Origin: Craspedostauros australis
Taxonomy: Eukaryota
Direction: 5' to 3'
NCBI GenBank assembly: GCA_030167865.1
Contig: JALAGF010004552.1
Span: 1 to 57,201 of the forward strand
DNA: 57,201 nucleotides
Shown here: piece after piece, positions 12,354 through 21,941 of the stretch
How the letters are laid out: each line of letters begins with the position of its first letter
How positions within the stretch are numbered: position 1 is the first letter of the stretch
The notes under the pieces: model-generated
What the model was told of the DNA's origin: nothing
Seen by the model: only the letters and a program-made list of their open reading frames with translations
The model's database searches: none
Translations under genes and position numbers: made by a program

Positions 12354-13061
12354 GGTGGATTCGTTTTTGTTCGTCACGGAGGTGTGTGGTGTTGTTGCTG
12401 CTTCTGTTGGTGTTCTTGGTGCTGATGGTGATGCTGTTACTGCTGTTGATGTTGACAGTTGACAACGCGCAGATGTCTTTCGTCTCTCGTGCTCTCTTGG
12501 TGTCGCTGGACTTCCTTCGTTCCCATCGTCCTTCCTCGTCTTGTTGGTGACGCCCATCCGTCGTTTCGCCAACAAGTCAACTGATTTGACACAATCGCAG
12601 TACAAACGTTACGCCAAGTTGAAACGAAAAAATCGCGATCTTTGCTTTCGACTTCATGGACTGAATAGCGATGCGTGACGTGCGCAACGACAAAGCGAAA
12701 CGCAAACTTGATCGATTTGATCAAGATGTAGATTGGACAGCTAATGTAGACACATGGATGGAACAGTTCGATTGATTCGAATAGTCGATCGATTCGAGAA
12801 CGGACGAAATCAGACGGAATCATTTTGCCCCGTTACTCTTTACTGAAACGCCTCGGCACCGACGTTTCAGTACCAGAGGCTACAGCGACTTCCACGAGCG
12901 GAGCTTCCTCAAGCGCCCATCGCCAACCGAGCACCACCAGCATCAGCACCACTGCCAACAGCATCTCCTTCCTCCATCATCCAGCAGCCTCCGACCTCCA
13001 CCCGTCAGACGCAACATCGCTTGGGACAAACTTAGTTTGTGATTTGAAAGAACCTGTCAAG

Positions 13062-14790
13062 ATGGCTATCGTGAGTGAGGGCAAGAGGATCGTGAGATTC
13101 TCACGATGATGAACATGCACGGGAGCTACCAAGAGAGTGGCGATTGTGGATGCGATGAACAGAGATGGCAGCAGGAGCAACTGCGGCACGAGCAGCGGAA
13201 GCAACGGAATCGACTCCCATCTGCGTGGCCGCAAGCCGCAGCAGGAACGATGGGAACAACGATGAAGAAGACAATAACGACGATGACATGGTGAAACGGT
13301 GGATGTGCGAGGTGGAGCACAAGCAACAAGGAGGATGCGATCGGCAAGAAAAGAGAGTTCTTCCTCTCTTGCGATTCCGATCCCTTCCCGCTCTTGAGCA
13401 GAGTCAGTCAGGTGGTACGGCTTGGTTGATTGACCGGAAATGGCTTGGACGCCAGTGACAATGCAGTCGCAAGCACATCAGCGTGCACGCTGCAACTCCC
13501 AGGAGTTCAGCAAGCGATGTGCAAGATGCAGACGAATGACGAGACGCAATGGCCAAATTCCTCGCGCCTGTGCTTCAATGCTCATGGCAGCTGATGGAAA
13601 CGACCCTGTCGCCCCCTCGATTGCTCGTTCATCCAATTGCATTCCACTCGCGTCCAGGCTATCCCGTTCAAGCCTGCCAACCAAGCCGCACACAAACACA
13701 CCACTCCGCAATACCATCAACACCACCATCCATCATTCGTTGTTGGCGTTGGCGTTGGCGTTGGCTCCTTCAGTTCTTCCATTAGTTCACACTGCAGCGA
13801 TCGGCTGCCTCATCGACATATCAGATCAGATGAATGGTGTGGAGACAGTTGCTTGCACACAGGCCGTGACACTCTGCGTTCCGTTTGTAGAAGCATTCAG
13901 TGTTGTCTCACACGGCGCATCTCCTCTTCCCTGCATCTCCGAATGTCTCTGTATCCGTTCATCCATCCCAACGCGGCATGGTTGCTGTCTGCTTTGCCTC
14001 TTCCGAATAACAGGGAAAGAACAAGAGACTGACGAAGTCAAAGAAGGGAGGCCGCAAAAAGGCCACGGACCCTTTCTTGAAGAAGGAATGGTACAAGCTC
14101 ATCGCCCCTTCGATGTTCGCCGTCAAGGACTGCGGCAAGACCCTCATCACCAAGACGCAGGGACAGAAGATCGCCTCTGACTACCTCAAGGGACGCGTCG
14201 TCGAGGTCTCCCTCGCCGACCTGAACCGCAATGAGTCCGTCGCGTGGCGCAAGATCAAGCTCTGCGTCGAGGACGTGCAGGGATACAACTGCCTGCTCAA
14301 CTTCCACGGCATGGACATGACCCGCGACAAGCTCTGCTCCTTGATCCGCAAGAAGCAGAGTATCATCGAGGGATCCGTCGACTGCCGCACAACCGACGGA
14401 TACGTCGTCCGAATGTTCTGCATCGCCTTCACCAAGCCACAGGAGAATCAGATCAAGGCCACATGCTACGCAAAGAGCGCACAGAGCCGTGCCATCCGAG
14501 CGAAGATGACATCACACATGACCGAGCTCGGCACCAAGGGAGACCTCCGATCTCTCGTCAAGGAATTGATCAGTGCCCCAATCGGCGAGCAGATCGCCCG
14601 CGAGGCATCCGCCGTCTTCCCGGTCAAGGACTGCTTCATCCGCAAGGTCAAGGTTCTTAAGAAGCCAAAGTTCGACGTCACCGAGCTCATGGAGTGGCAC
14701 AATGCCGACGAGGCACCAGTCGGTGATGTCGGAAAGCCAGTCGAGCCACCGGCCGAGGAGAATCTTGCAGGATCCGGCGGACGCTTGTAA
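13062..14790 (+). CDS. RPS3A: 40S ribosomal protein S3a (eS1), 2 exons
   Basis: Exon 1 is 13062-13070 (ATG GCT ATC|GTGAGT) and exon 2 is 14014-14790 (after AACAG). Splicing gives [30 protein letters not shown]...LKGRVVEVSLADL...FHGMDMTRDKL...RKVKVLKKPKFD. Confidence 0.97.
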
Positions 14791-15167
14791 GGCAGCCGCA
14801 TGTAAGAAAAGAAAACTAAAGCAAGCAACTCGAAAATAAACTTCCCATTCATTTGAATAGACATTGAGGCGCGGCTTGTGAATGTCAGATGTTGGTTGGC
14901 GGAGAGGGTCGTAGTCGTACTATGTGCACGGTACGAGGACGATGGAGAACAGCAAGGAACTAGCCGTAGGAGCTGTTGGCGACGCAACACGAGTTTCCGC
15001 CAACACAAACATGGACATTCCATGGAGGACAGCACCGCCACCGTGTCAAAACAATCGAAACACAAAGGCTTATTCGAGTATATCTCAATTCTACGAGTGC
15101 TCTAGGTCGTACTCAACTCCAGTTTACTTTTGGAGTAATTGTAATGCCGAACCAGCTAAGGCCACAG

Positions 15168-15932
15168 CTACAGCTGACCCTTCGCCCGGATGATCTCCTG
15201 CAGCATGAAGTGCTTGTGCTTGGAGATGCGATGGCACGGCACGATCATGACGAGATCTCCATGACTGGCCACCTCCTTCTCGTCATGCGCCATGAACTTA
15301 CGCGTGTATCGGAGGCGCTTGCGATACTTGCGATTGAGCTTGTACCGTTCCACCGCCACGTTGACGGTCTTCTGCATCTTGGTCGACACGACGTGTCCCA
15401 CCAACGCGCCCTTGGGCAGCTTGCCGGGCGGGGAATGGATGAGATCCCAGCCCGGGATGGTGGACGTGTCGGACAGCTCCTCGTTGGACATTGCCTTGAA
15501 TTCGGGATGGATGCTGGAGAGGGGGACGTCGTCGTCCGGTGGCATGACGTACGACGTGTCCTGGAAGGACGCCATGATCTCATCGACCGTCTCCGGGTGG
15601 GCGCTCAACGCGGAACCTGTCTCTTCGTTGTCGTCGGAAGTAGCCGCCGCCGCTGGTTCGCCATCGTCATCATCATCATCATCATCATCGCCTCCATCAC
15701 CGCCGCTGGAAGAGAAGTACCTTGCGCAGGGATTGCGAGCATGATCCAGAAAGGAAGTGCGCATCCTGCATTGCGTCCAAGCCGAACTGGTGCCTCTGCT
15801 CATTGGAGAGTGCAGCATGCTTGCGTGCACAGAAACGGCAGCGCTCATCATCGTCCTTCTGCCGATCGTGGGTGCCACGATGCTGTTGGCGACCGCCAAT
15901 CGGTGGCCCATCCTCCAGGCGGCGGCCGACAT
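15168..15932 (-). CDS. MRPS17: Mitochondrial ribosomal protein uS17m with long N-terminal extension
   Basis: C-terminal S17 domain GHVVSTKMQKTVNVAVER...KFMAHDE...GDLVMIVPCHRISKHKHF. The Arg/Ser/Ala-rich N-terminus from ATG 15932 resembles a mitochondrial presequence. Confidence 0.88.
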   Translation of the reverse strand: MSAAAWRMGHRLAVANSIVAPTIGRRTMMSAAVSVHASMLHSPMSRGTSSAWTQCRMRTSFLDHARNPCARYFSSSGGDGGDDDDDDDDDGEPAAAATSDDNEETGSALSAHPETVDEIMASFQDTSYVMPPDDDVPLSSIHPEFKAMSNEELSDTSTIPGWDLIHSPPGKLPKGALVGHVVSTKMQKTVNVAVERYKLNRKYRKRLRYTRKFMAHDEKEVASHGDLVMIVPCHRISKHKHFMLQEIIRAKGQL

Positions 15933-16508
15933 GATCTTGCGAAGCTGCGTTGTGATCTCCTGACCGGTCGGTGGTGTCTGTAACTCAGTTCGTTGTTCGT
16001 CTTTCCACAACGTTTCGTTTTCACGCTTCAGCTGTCTCCTCGTTCCGCGCAATACGAACTCGGATAGAGTCGACGAATCGTCACGAAGCCAAGCCTCAGA
16101 GGATTGAGGTTCTAACGGTAGTCCAGGTACGCTGGGTATAGAGGAGTTGTAGTTGGTGGTTCTACGATGCGGATCCTCGTTGGGTTGGCATGAACGGCGG
16201 CTGCTTGATGTCTTGGCCACCATTGTCACGAGCCATCAAAATCCAGCTTTGTCGTTGATGCAACGGGCGTTGGCCAGACGTATCATCATCCAAGAAAAGA
16301 AGAGAGAAGAGTGATTCGAAGGAATCGTGTCCACAAACAAGTTTACGCGCCAAAAAGCAGAAGTTTTGGCACAGTGTTCTCTTTCGTGTACACGCATGGT
16401 CGTTGTATTTGATGTGGCTCTTTGGTATTCCAGAGTTGCATGTTGGTGGCAGATCATCAAGCATAAGCAACAACAACCACAATCGTGTCCACGGTATCGC
16501 AGATCAAC

Positions 16509-19500
16509 ATGATGGATGCCGCAACTGCAAAGACATCGAGCATCATCCTGTTCTACAAGTACCATCCACTCTCGGATGATGACGGCGTCGTGGAGCTGTA
16601 TCGATCGGCCTTGGAGGCGCTGTGCGGGTCGTTGCAGATGAAGGGCCGCATCCTCGTGGGTTGCAACGCGCAGCGATCCGAAGGCATCAACGGGACGCTG
16701 TCGGGACGCCCGGATAGAGTGGTGGCGTTCACCATGGCTCTGTCGCATCATCTGCCGACGCACAGATCCAGCCAGGACGTTGCTGCGCCATCCACGATAC
16801 CGCAAGCCGTACGTGACGACGAAGCAACCATGCAACACATGACGACATTTTGGAATGCGTGTCAGACATTTTACGAACGTGCCGACTGCGAGCCATTGCT
16901 CATGAGCACCAAGGATTTCAAATGGAGCACGGTGCCGCAGGATGCAGAGCCCGCCAATGACACGCACTCGCTTTTCCCCGATCTCAACATCAAGCTCGTC
17001 AAGGAGCTCATCGGCACGGGTGGTTTGCTTGCGGACATTTCCATCCAGGAAACGTCGAAAGGCTATCTGACCCCGGATCAGTGGCATGAGCAGTTGAATG
17101 GTTTCAGTCACCAGCAGCAGCAGGAAGAGGTTGGAGCGGCGGATACTCAAGTGGGCAGCGACGGCAACAGCAGCGACGGCAAAAGCAAAAACAACGACAC
17201 CGTACTCATCGACTGTCGCAACACGAAGGAGTACCAAATCGGCCACTTCCCCAACGCTCTCAATCCCAACACCACCACATTCCATCAATTCCCACAATGG
17301 GTCAAGGATCATCAGCATTCCCTTCAAGGCAAGAAGGTCCTCATGTACTGCACCGGCGGCATCCGCTGCGAGAAGGCGTCGGCCTACATTCGCAACACGG
17401 TGCCCGACGTCCAAGCGGTCTCCCATCTGCAAGGTGGCATCCACAAATACCTCGAGCGATACGGATCCAAAGGCCTTTGGCAGGGGAAGAACTTCGTCTT
17501 TGATGGTCGTGGAGCGGCGACTGCCGATGCGACGTACAAGTCGAGTGTTCCGTATAGCATGCCATCCACGAGTAATGCACCGTCGGTGGAGCCAACGAAT
17601 GGTAATGCCAGTGGAGCTGTAACCAGCAGCGACACCACCGCCAACAGCAGCAACAACAATGACAGCAACACGGACGAACTCGTCGTCGGCCAATGCACCT
17701 ACTGTTCTGCGCCCTACGATTCATTCGACCCGCGTTGTGTGTGCACGGTCTGCCGCGAACCCATCCTCGTCTGCAAGTCCTGCCAATCCAACCTCACGGA
17801 GTTCCACTGCGACGCGCACACCGCCTTGCGGGAGTGCTACTTCACACGGTTGGAACCATTCTCGGTGCAGCAGTTGCAACGTCAGCAGGCACAGCTGCAG
17901 CATCTCATGGCGCAGATCGCGGTCGGCAAAAAGTTCAAGCAGCGTCGCAAGACGATGCAACGGCAGATTCAAAAGATCGTGGATCGGCTGGAGGAGTTGA
18001 AACAAATGGAAAAAGATGGCGTTGCACCCATCATGACCAAATCTCAAGTCGACTGTCGCAATTGCGGCGAAGTATCCTGCGATGGACGATGCTGGGGATT
18101 CCTTGGATTGGGGCGGAAACAGAAGCTGGAGGCGTCTGCTTCAGCTGCGGCAAGCAGCGATTTGGAACAAGCAAATGGGAATGCAAATCACAACGGTCAC
18201 AATGCCCATCACCAACACAGGAGCGCCTCACCAACGTCGACTGTGTCCACCCAGACGCAACCGCAAATACAGACGAACAGACCAAAGAAGCAAAATGGAA
18301 ACAATCAGCATCTGCGTGAAAGGAAGGAGAGGGAGCGGCAGCAAGCGATTCAGGAAATCGTGGATCTGGGTTTGTGCAAGCCATCATCGATGCATCGGGA
18401 TCCAAACACGGGAATCCGGGTTCCACCGCCATGCACTCGCGTCGTGTCCACCAGGACCAAGGGCAAATGGTGCGGGCGATCGGTGCTGCATGTCATCCGA
18501 GAGCAGTTCCATGACTTGATGAAGCTGGATGAGCTGGTGGACATCTTGAGACTTGGATTGCTGCGCGTCAACGATATGAAAATCACGTCCATCGATCAGG
18601 CAGAGACGACAAAGCTCAAGAACATGGACGTCCTCAGCCGCTTCGTGCACTGGCATGAACCGCCTGTGCATATCCCGCGCAGCATTATCCAGACGCAGAA
18701 GGTGCCGCTGCCGCAAGCCGTCATCGACGAACATCAAGTCGCTGCGGACGATGCGACGATCTACGTCTGCAACAAACCATCGACGGTCCCGGCGCATCCT
18801 GCCGGCACCTACTTCTCCAATTCGCTCACTTCCATGGTGGAAGGTATTCACAATCTGCGGCCGAAGGATCTGATTCCATGCCACAGAATTGACCGAGTCA
18901 CCAGCGGTCTGACCCTGTGCTGCACGAACGTTCAGGTTGCGCGGCTCGTGCAGAGCCGGATCGATGAAGGGGCGGTGCAAAAGCTGTACCTCGCAAAGGT
19001 CAACGGTCTCTTCCCGCATTCTTCAAACGCCATGACGGATGCTTCGCTACCCGCCTGCACGGGTGTGTCCAACTGGCTGTGGCGAAGGGACACCACGTTG
19101 GAAGTGCACGGTCCCATCGAAACAGTCGACCCTGCCAATGGCATTCGCAAAATCACATCCAAGGGCAAACCCGCCGCAAGTATGTTTCGATTGATTGCTC
19201 ATGATACGGGCGATGGGACGTCCATCATCTTGTGCCGACCGCTGACAGGACGCAGCCATCAATTGCGCGTCCACTTGCAGTGGCTGGGACATCCGATCAT
19301 CATGGACAGCCAATATGACGGACCTGGTGATGCCCCCAACAAGGATGGACCGGCAGCATTAGAGGCGTCGACGAAACTGGGTCCATCGTGCGAAGCATCC
19401 AGCAGTTCTGTATCGCCTGACGACGTTGCTGCTGTCCGCACAGTGTGCAAATGCTGTACAAAGTCAGTATCCGATGCCTTTTCGCCGGCCCAGCTCCTGC

Positions 19501-19778
19501 AGGGTGGACATGCGATCTGTTTACATGCCTACAGGTATCGCATCCCGTTCATCCCCAAGAGGAGCAAAAAGAAGAAGAAGAAAAAGCGCAAGATGATGGA
19601 TGAGATCGATACGAACGCGGCGAATGTATTGGTACAAGGAGGGGGCGAAGTGGAATCAGAGCTGAAATCTACCGACCAAGCGAATCATGATATCATCATT
19701 GGCTCTGTCGATGTCCACGTCGATTTGCCAGAGTGGGCCTGCGATGTGAACTCGTCACAACTGACCTGGCTTGAATGA
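16509..19778 (+). CDS. Fusion protein: TrhO/TSTD2-type (UPF0176) rhodanese plus RluA-family pseudouridine synthase
   Basis: The N-half has ILFYKY, GRILV...EGINGTLSG, DCRNTKEYQIGHF, MYCTGGIRCEKAS, HLQGGIHKY, GKNFVFDGR and a Cys-rich tail. The C-half has NKPSTVPAHP, HRIDRVTSGL (catalytic Asp), LTGRSHQLRVH, GHPI-x2-D-x2-Y and CLHAY. Both halves lie in one uninterrupted ORF of ~1089 aa. Confidence 0.92.
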   Translation: MMDAATAKTSSIILFYKYHPLSDDDGVVELYRSALEALCGSLQMKGRILVGCNAQRSEGINGTLSGRPDRVVAFTMALSHHLPTHRSSQDVAAPSTIPQAVRDDEATMQHMTTFWNACQTFYERADCEPLLMSTKDFKWSTVPQDAEPANDTHSLFPDLNIKLVKELIGTGGLLADISIQETSKGYLTPDQWHEQLNGFSHQQQQEEVGAADTQVGSDGNSSDGKSKNNDTVLIDCRNTKEYQIGHFPNALNPNTTTFHQFPQWVKDHQHSLQGKKVLMYCTGGIRCEKASAYIRNTVPDVQAVSHLQGGIHKYLERYGSKGLWQGKNFVFDGRGAATADATYKSSVPYSMPSTSNAPSVEPTNGNASGAVTSSDTTANSSNNNDSNTDELVVGQCTYCSAPYDSFDPRCVCTVCREPILVCKSCQSNLTEFHCDAHTALRECYFTRLEPFSVQQLQRQQAQLQHLMAQIAVGKKFKQRRKTMQRQIQKIVDRLEELKQMEKDGVAPIMTKSQVDCRNCGEVSCDGRCWGFLGLGRKQKLEASASAAASSDLEQANGNANHNGHNAHHQHRSASPTSTVSTQTQPQIQTNRPKKQNGNNQHLRERKERERQQAIQEIVDLGLCKPSSMHRDPNTGIRVPPPCTRVVSTRTKGKWCGRSVLHVIREQFHDLMKLDELVDILRLGLLRVNDMKITSIDQAETTKLKNMDVLSRFVHWHEPPVHIPRSIIQTQKVPLPQAVIDEHQVAADDATIYVCNKPSTVPAHPAGTYFSNSLTSMVEGIHNLRPKDLIPCHRIDRVTSGLTLCCTNVQVARLVQSRIDEGAVQKLYLAKVNGLFPHSSNAMTDASLPACTGVSNWLWRRDTTLEVHGPIETVDPANGIRKITSKGKPAASMFRLIAHDTGDGTSIILCRPLTGRSHQLRVHLQWLGHPIIMDSQYDGPGDAPNKDGPAALEASTKLGPSCEASSSSVSPDDVAAVRTVCKCCTKSVSDAFSPAQLLQGGHAICLHAYRYRIPFIPKRSKKKKKKKRKMMDEIDTNAANVLVQGGGEVESELKSTDQANHDIIIGSVDVHVDLPEWACDVNSSQLTWLE

Positions 19779-20081
19779 GCTGGGGGAAGTGCTGGCCATT
19801 GTTCCCTCTCCAGAGGACCACGAGTAGCACCACCCAGTCCTGACATGATCTCTGAACGTTCAGATTCATCGGGCGCGATGGGCGTGCTGGGAAGAACAAC
19901 GGGAACGCCAACAACATCGATGCACGCACCTGTTCATCCACGAAGCACGCGTTTCATGTCCGAGTACAGTAGAGAATATGGCACGAGTCTGATACTAATG
20001 TTGTATGATTTGATGTTTGATTTGACAGGCTGCGATAGCATACGTATGGCGTACAGAGTGCGGATACTACTGCAAGAGTCT

Positions 20082-21941
20082 CTAGAGGTCACCGTAGAGC
20101 ACCACGACGCTCGCAATGGCACTCACAAGGGACGCAGCGATTGCGAAGGCCATGGATCGGACACTGGTGCCGGATGTTGGTTGCATGCTGGGCGGTTCAG
20201 ACACCAGTTGAGTGGGAGCAGCTGTCGCATCAGCAGTCGGCTTGTCCGTCGGTGTATCCGTGGGTGCATCGCTTGCCTTGGTTGTAGGTGCATCACTTGC
20301 CTTGATGGTTGGCGCATCTGTGGGTGCATCCGTTGGGGATGGGGTTGTGGGAGCATTTGATGTGGTGTTGGGGAGCGGCACGCCCAGCTCCTCCAGGGCC
20401 GCAGCGATCCAGGAGTCTTCGCCACTATTGCGTTCCTCCAACGCAAGCAACTCCGTCTCGATGGTCACGTGCGGCGGGAGTCCGACAATCTCGTGCATAG
20501 TTCCATTCGTGTCTCTGTAAACCTCGTTCGACAGCGTCACCTGGTACCCATTGTCCAACTTCTTCCCCAGCATGTCGGAGAATGCGCCGTGGGTGTTGTG
20601 CCCCATGACGGTCACGAACGGCAGCTCCTTCATCGCGAGGGTGAACACTTCTCCCGCGCTGACGGTCGATTCGCTGGCGAGAACAACGACGCGTCCCGAG
20701 AACGTGAGCTCAGGATGATTGAAATTCTCGATGATCACATCGTATGACTCCGTGAAGGTGGAGATGGTCTGGTCGCCTGCTGGTGCCATTTTGGCCTGCT
20801 TCGACATGGCAAAATAGTCCTCGTTTGCGAACAATGCCGCTAGGAAAACGGAGACGGAATCCGTGCCACCGGTGTTGAGGCGCACATCAAAGATGACGCT
20901 GTCCACATCGTTGAATGCCTTCATTGCATTGAAGAGCTCTTCTTCTGCTGCGTTCGTGTCTTCGGGACTCATGCTGAACATGAACATGTAGCCTACGTTG
21001 GCATGGCGGAGCTTGCCCCAAAGGATGTGATCAAAATCTCCACGCAGCCCATCGTCATCCATGTAACTGGAGACGATATTGAGGAACCTTCCGAGCTGCT
21101 GAACGATGTACGTATCCACAGTCGGCGCGACTGAGGTAGACGCGACTTGGACTTGCGCCTCCCATTCCTCCGCCAACAGTGCTTGGAATGTGATGAGTTT
21201 CGTCAAGATGGACCCATCTCTTCCTGGGATTGCGATGGTGACGTGGATATCATCCACCGCTTGCAGCAGTTCCAATGCGACCTCGAAGAAGGAGAGGTCG
21301 GAATCAGGATCCTGCAGCTCCTCCCGAGCGGCAACCACCATGGCTTCCCAATCCAAATCACGCTCCTCAAAGAACGCGAAATGCTCGCGGAAGTTCGCCG
21401 CCAGGATATCCAAGCTACGTAGATCATCTTCCACGTAGCCTTCATCTCCTACGGTGGGCGTGAGCCCAACTGATCCGCACACTCCGGGCAATGCATCCTG
21501 CTTGTCAAAGATGATCGGTGCCAAGCCGTCGATGTTGAATTCCATGGTTGTTGCGTCGAGCAGATCGTACCCGTCGCTGCCATCCAAGGCGAACATGTCC
21601 TCATCCAAGATGCAGCTGGTGGCGGTGAGCTGGAGTTCGATGAGGAACTCCGGGTCCGACACGAAGACGATGCCGTATCCACGCGAAAGCCAAATGCCCT
21701 GCGGGACGATCATCGGATCAGTGCCCTGCATTTGACGTTGGTTGGAACGGGTGCTGCTGGTGCGCCGATGGGAGATGGATTTACCACGGCGGGCATCATT
21801 GGCCCACTTCTGCAAGGATGCCGTGAGCGGGTCCGATGATGGGCCTCGGAGATGGGCGCCGGTTGAGGTTGCGGTTGGAGTGCAGGCCTGAAGGTTGGCC
21901 ATCATGGAGATGAATGCGAGAGCTGCTGATGCGAAAATCAT
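20082..21941 (-). CDS. Secreted S41-family (tricorn C1 + S41) serine peptidase with PT linker and probable GPI signal
   Basis: Signal-like start MIFASAALAFISMMA at 21941. Motifs are NFREHFAFF...DW, DIHV, IFDVRLNTGG, TVSAGEVF (catalytic Ser), THGAFSD, LSNEVY and EIVGLPP. A PTDAPT linker is followed by a hydrophobic C-terminus. No intron is evident. Confidence 0.88.
   Translation of the reverse strand: MIFASAALAFISMMANLQACTPTATSTGAHLRGPSSDPLTASLQKWANDARRGKSISHRRTSSTRSNQRQMQGTDPMIVPQGIWLSRGYGIVFVSDPEFLIELQLTATSCILDEDMFALDGSDGYDLLDATTMEFNIDGLAPIIFDKQDALPGVCGSVGLTPTVGDEGYVEDDLRSLDILAANFREHFAFFEERDLDWEAMVVAAREELQDPDSDLSFFEVALELLQAVDDIHVTIAIPGRDGSILTKLITFQALLAEEWEAQVQVASTSVAPTVDTYIVQQLGRFLNIVSSYMDDDGLRGDFDHILWGKLRHANVGYMFMFSMSPEDTNAAEEELFNAMKAFNDVDSVIFDVRLNTGGTDSVSVFLAALFANEDYFAMSKQAKMAPAGDQTISTFTESYDVIIENFNHPELTFSGRVVVLASESTVSAGEVFTLAMKELPFVTVMGHNTHGAFSDMLGKKLDNGYQVTLSNEVYRDTNGTMHEIVGLPPHVTIETELLALEERNSGEDSWIAAALEELGVPLPNTTSNAPTTPSPTDAPTDAPTIKASDAPTTKASDAPTDTPTDKPTADATAAPTQLVSEPPSMQPTSGTSVRSMAFAIAASLVSAIASVVVLYGDL

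Noticed and set aside
13555-13605. Resemblance to U17/snR30 m1/m2 motifs (AAATTCCTC...AAACGAC)
   Set aside because: Both motifs are mismatched and no correctly placed ACA box follows.
13165-14180. ORFs inside the RPS3A intron
   Set aside because: Low complexity with no domain signal; they lie within a well-supported intron.
16236-17693. 485-aa antisense ORF (likewise 14976-15983, 30800-31759 and other shadow ORFs)
   Set aside because: Antisense shadows of GC3-rich real genes.
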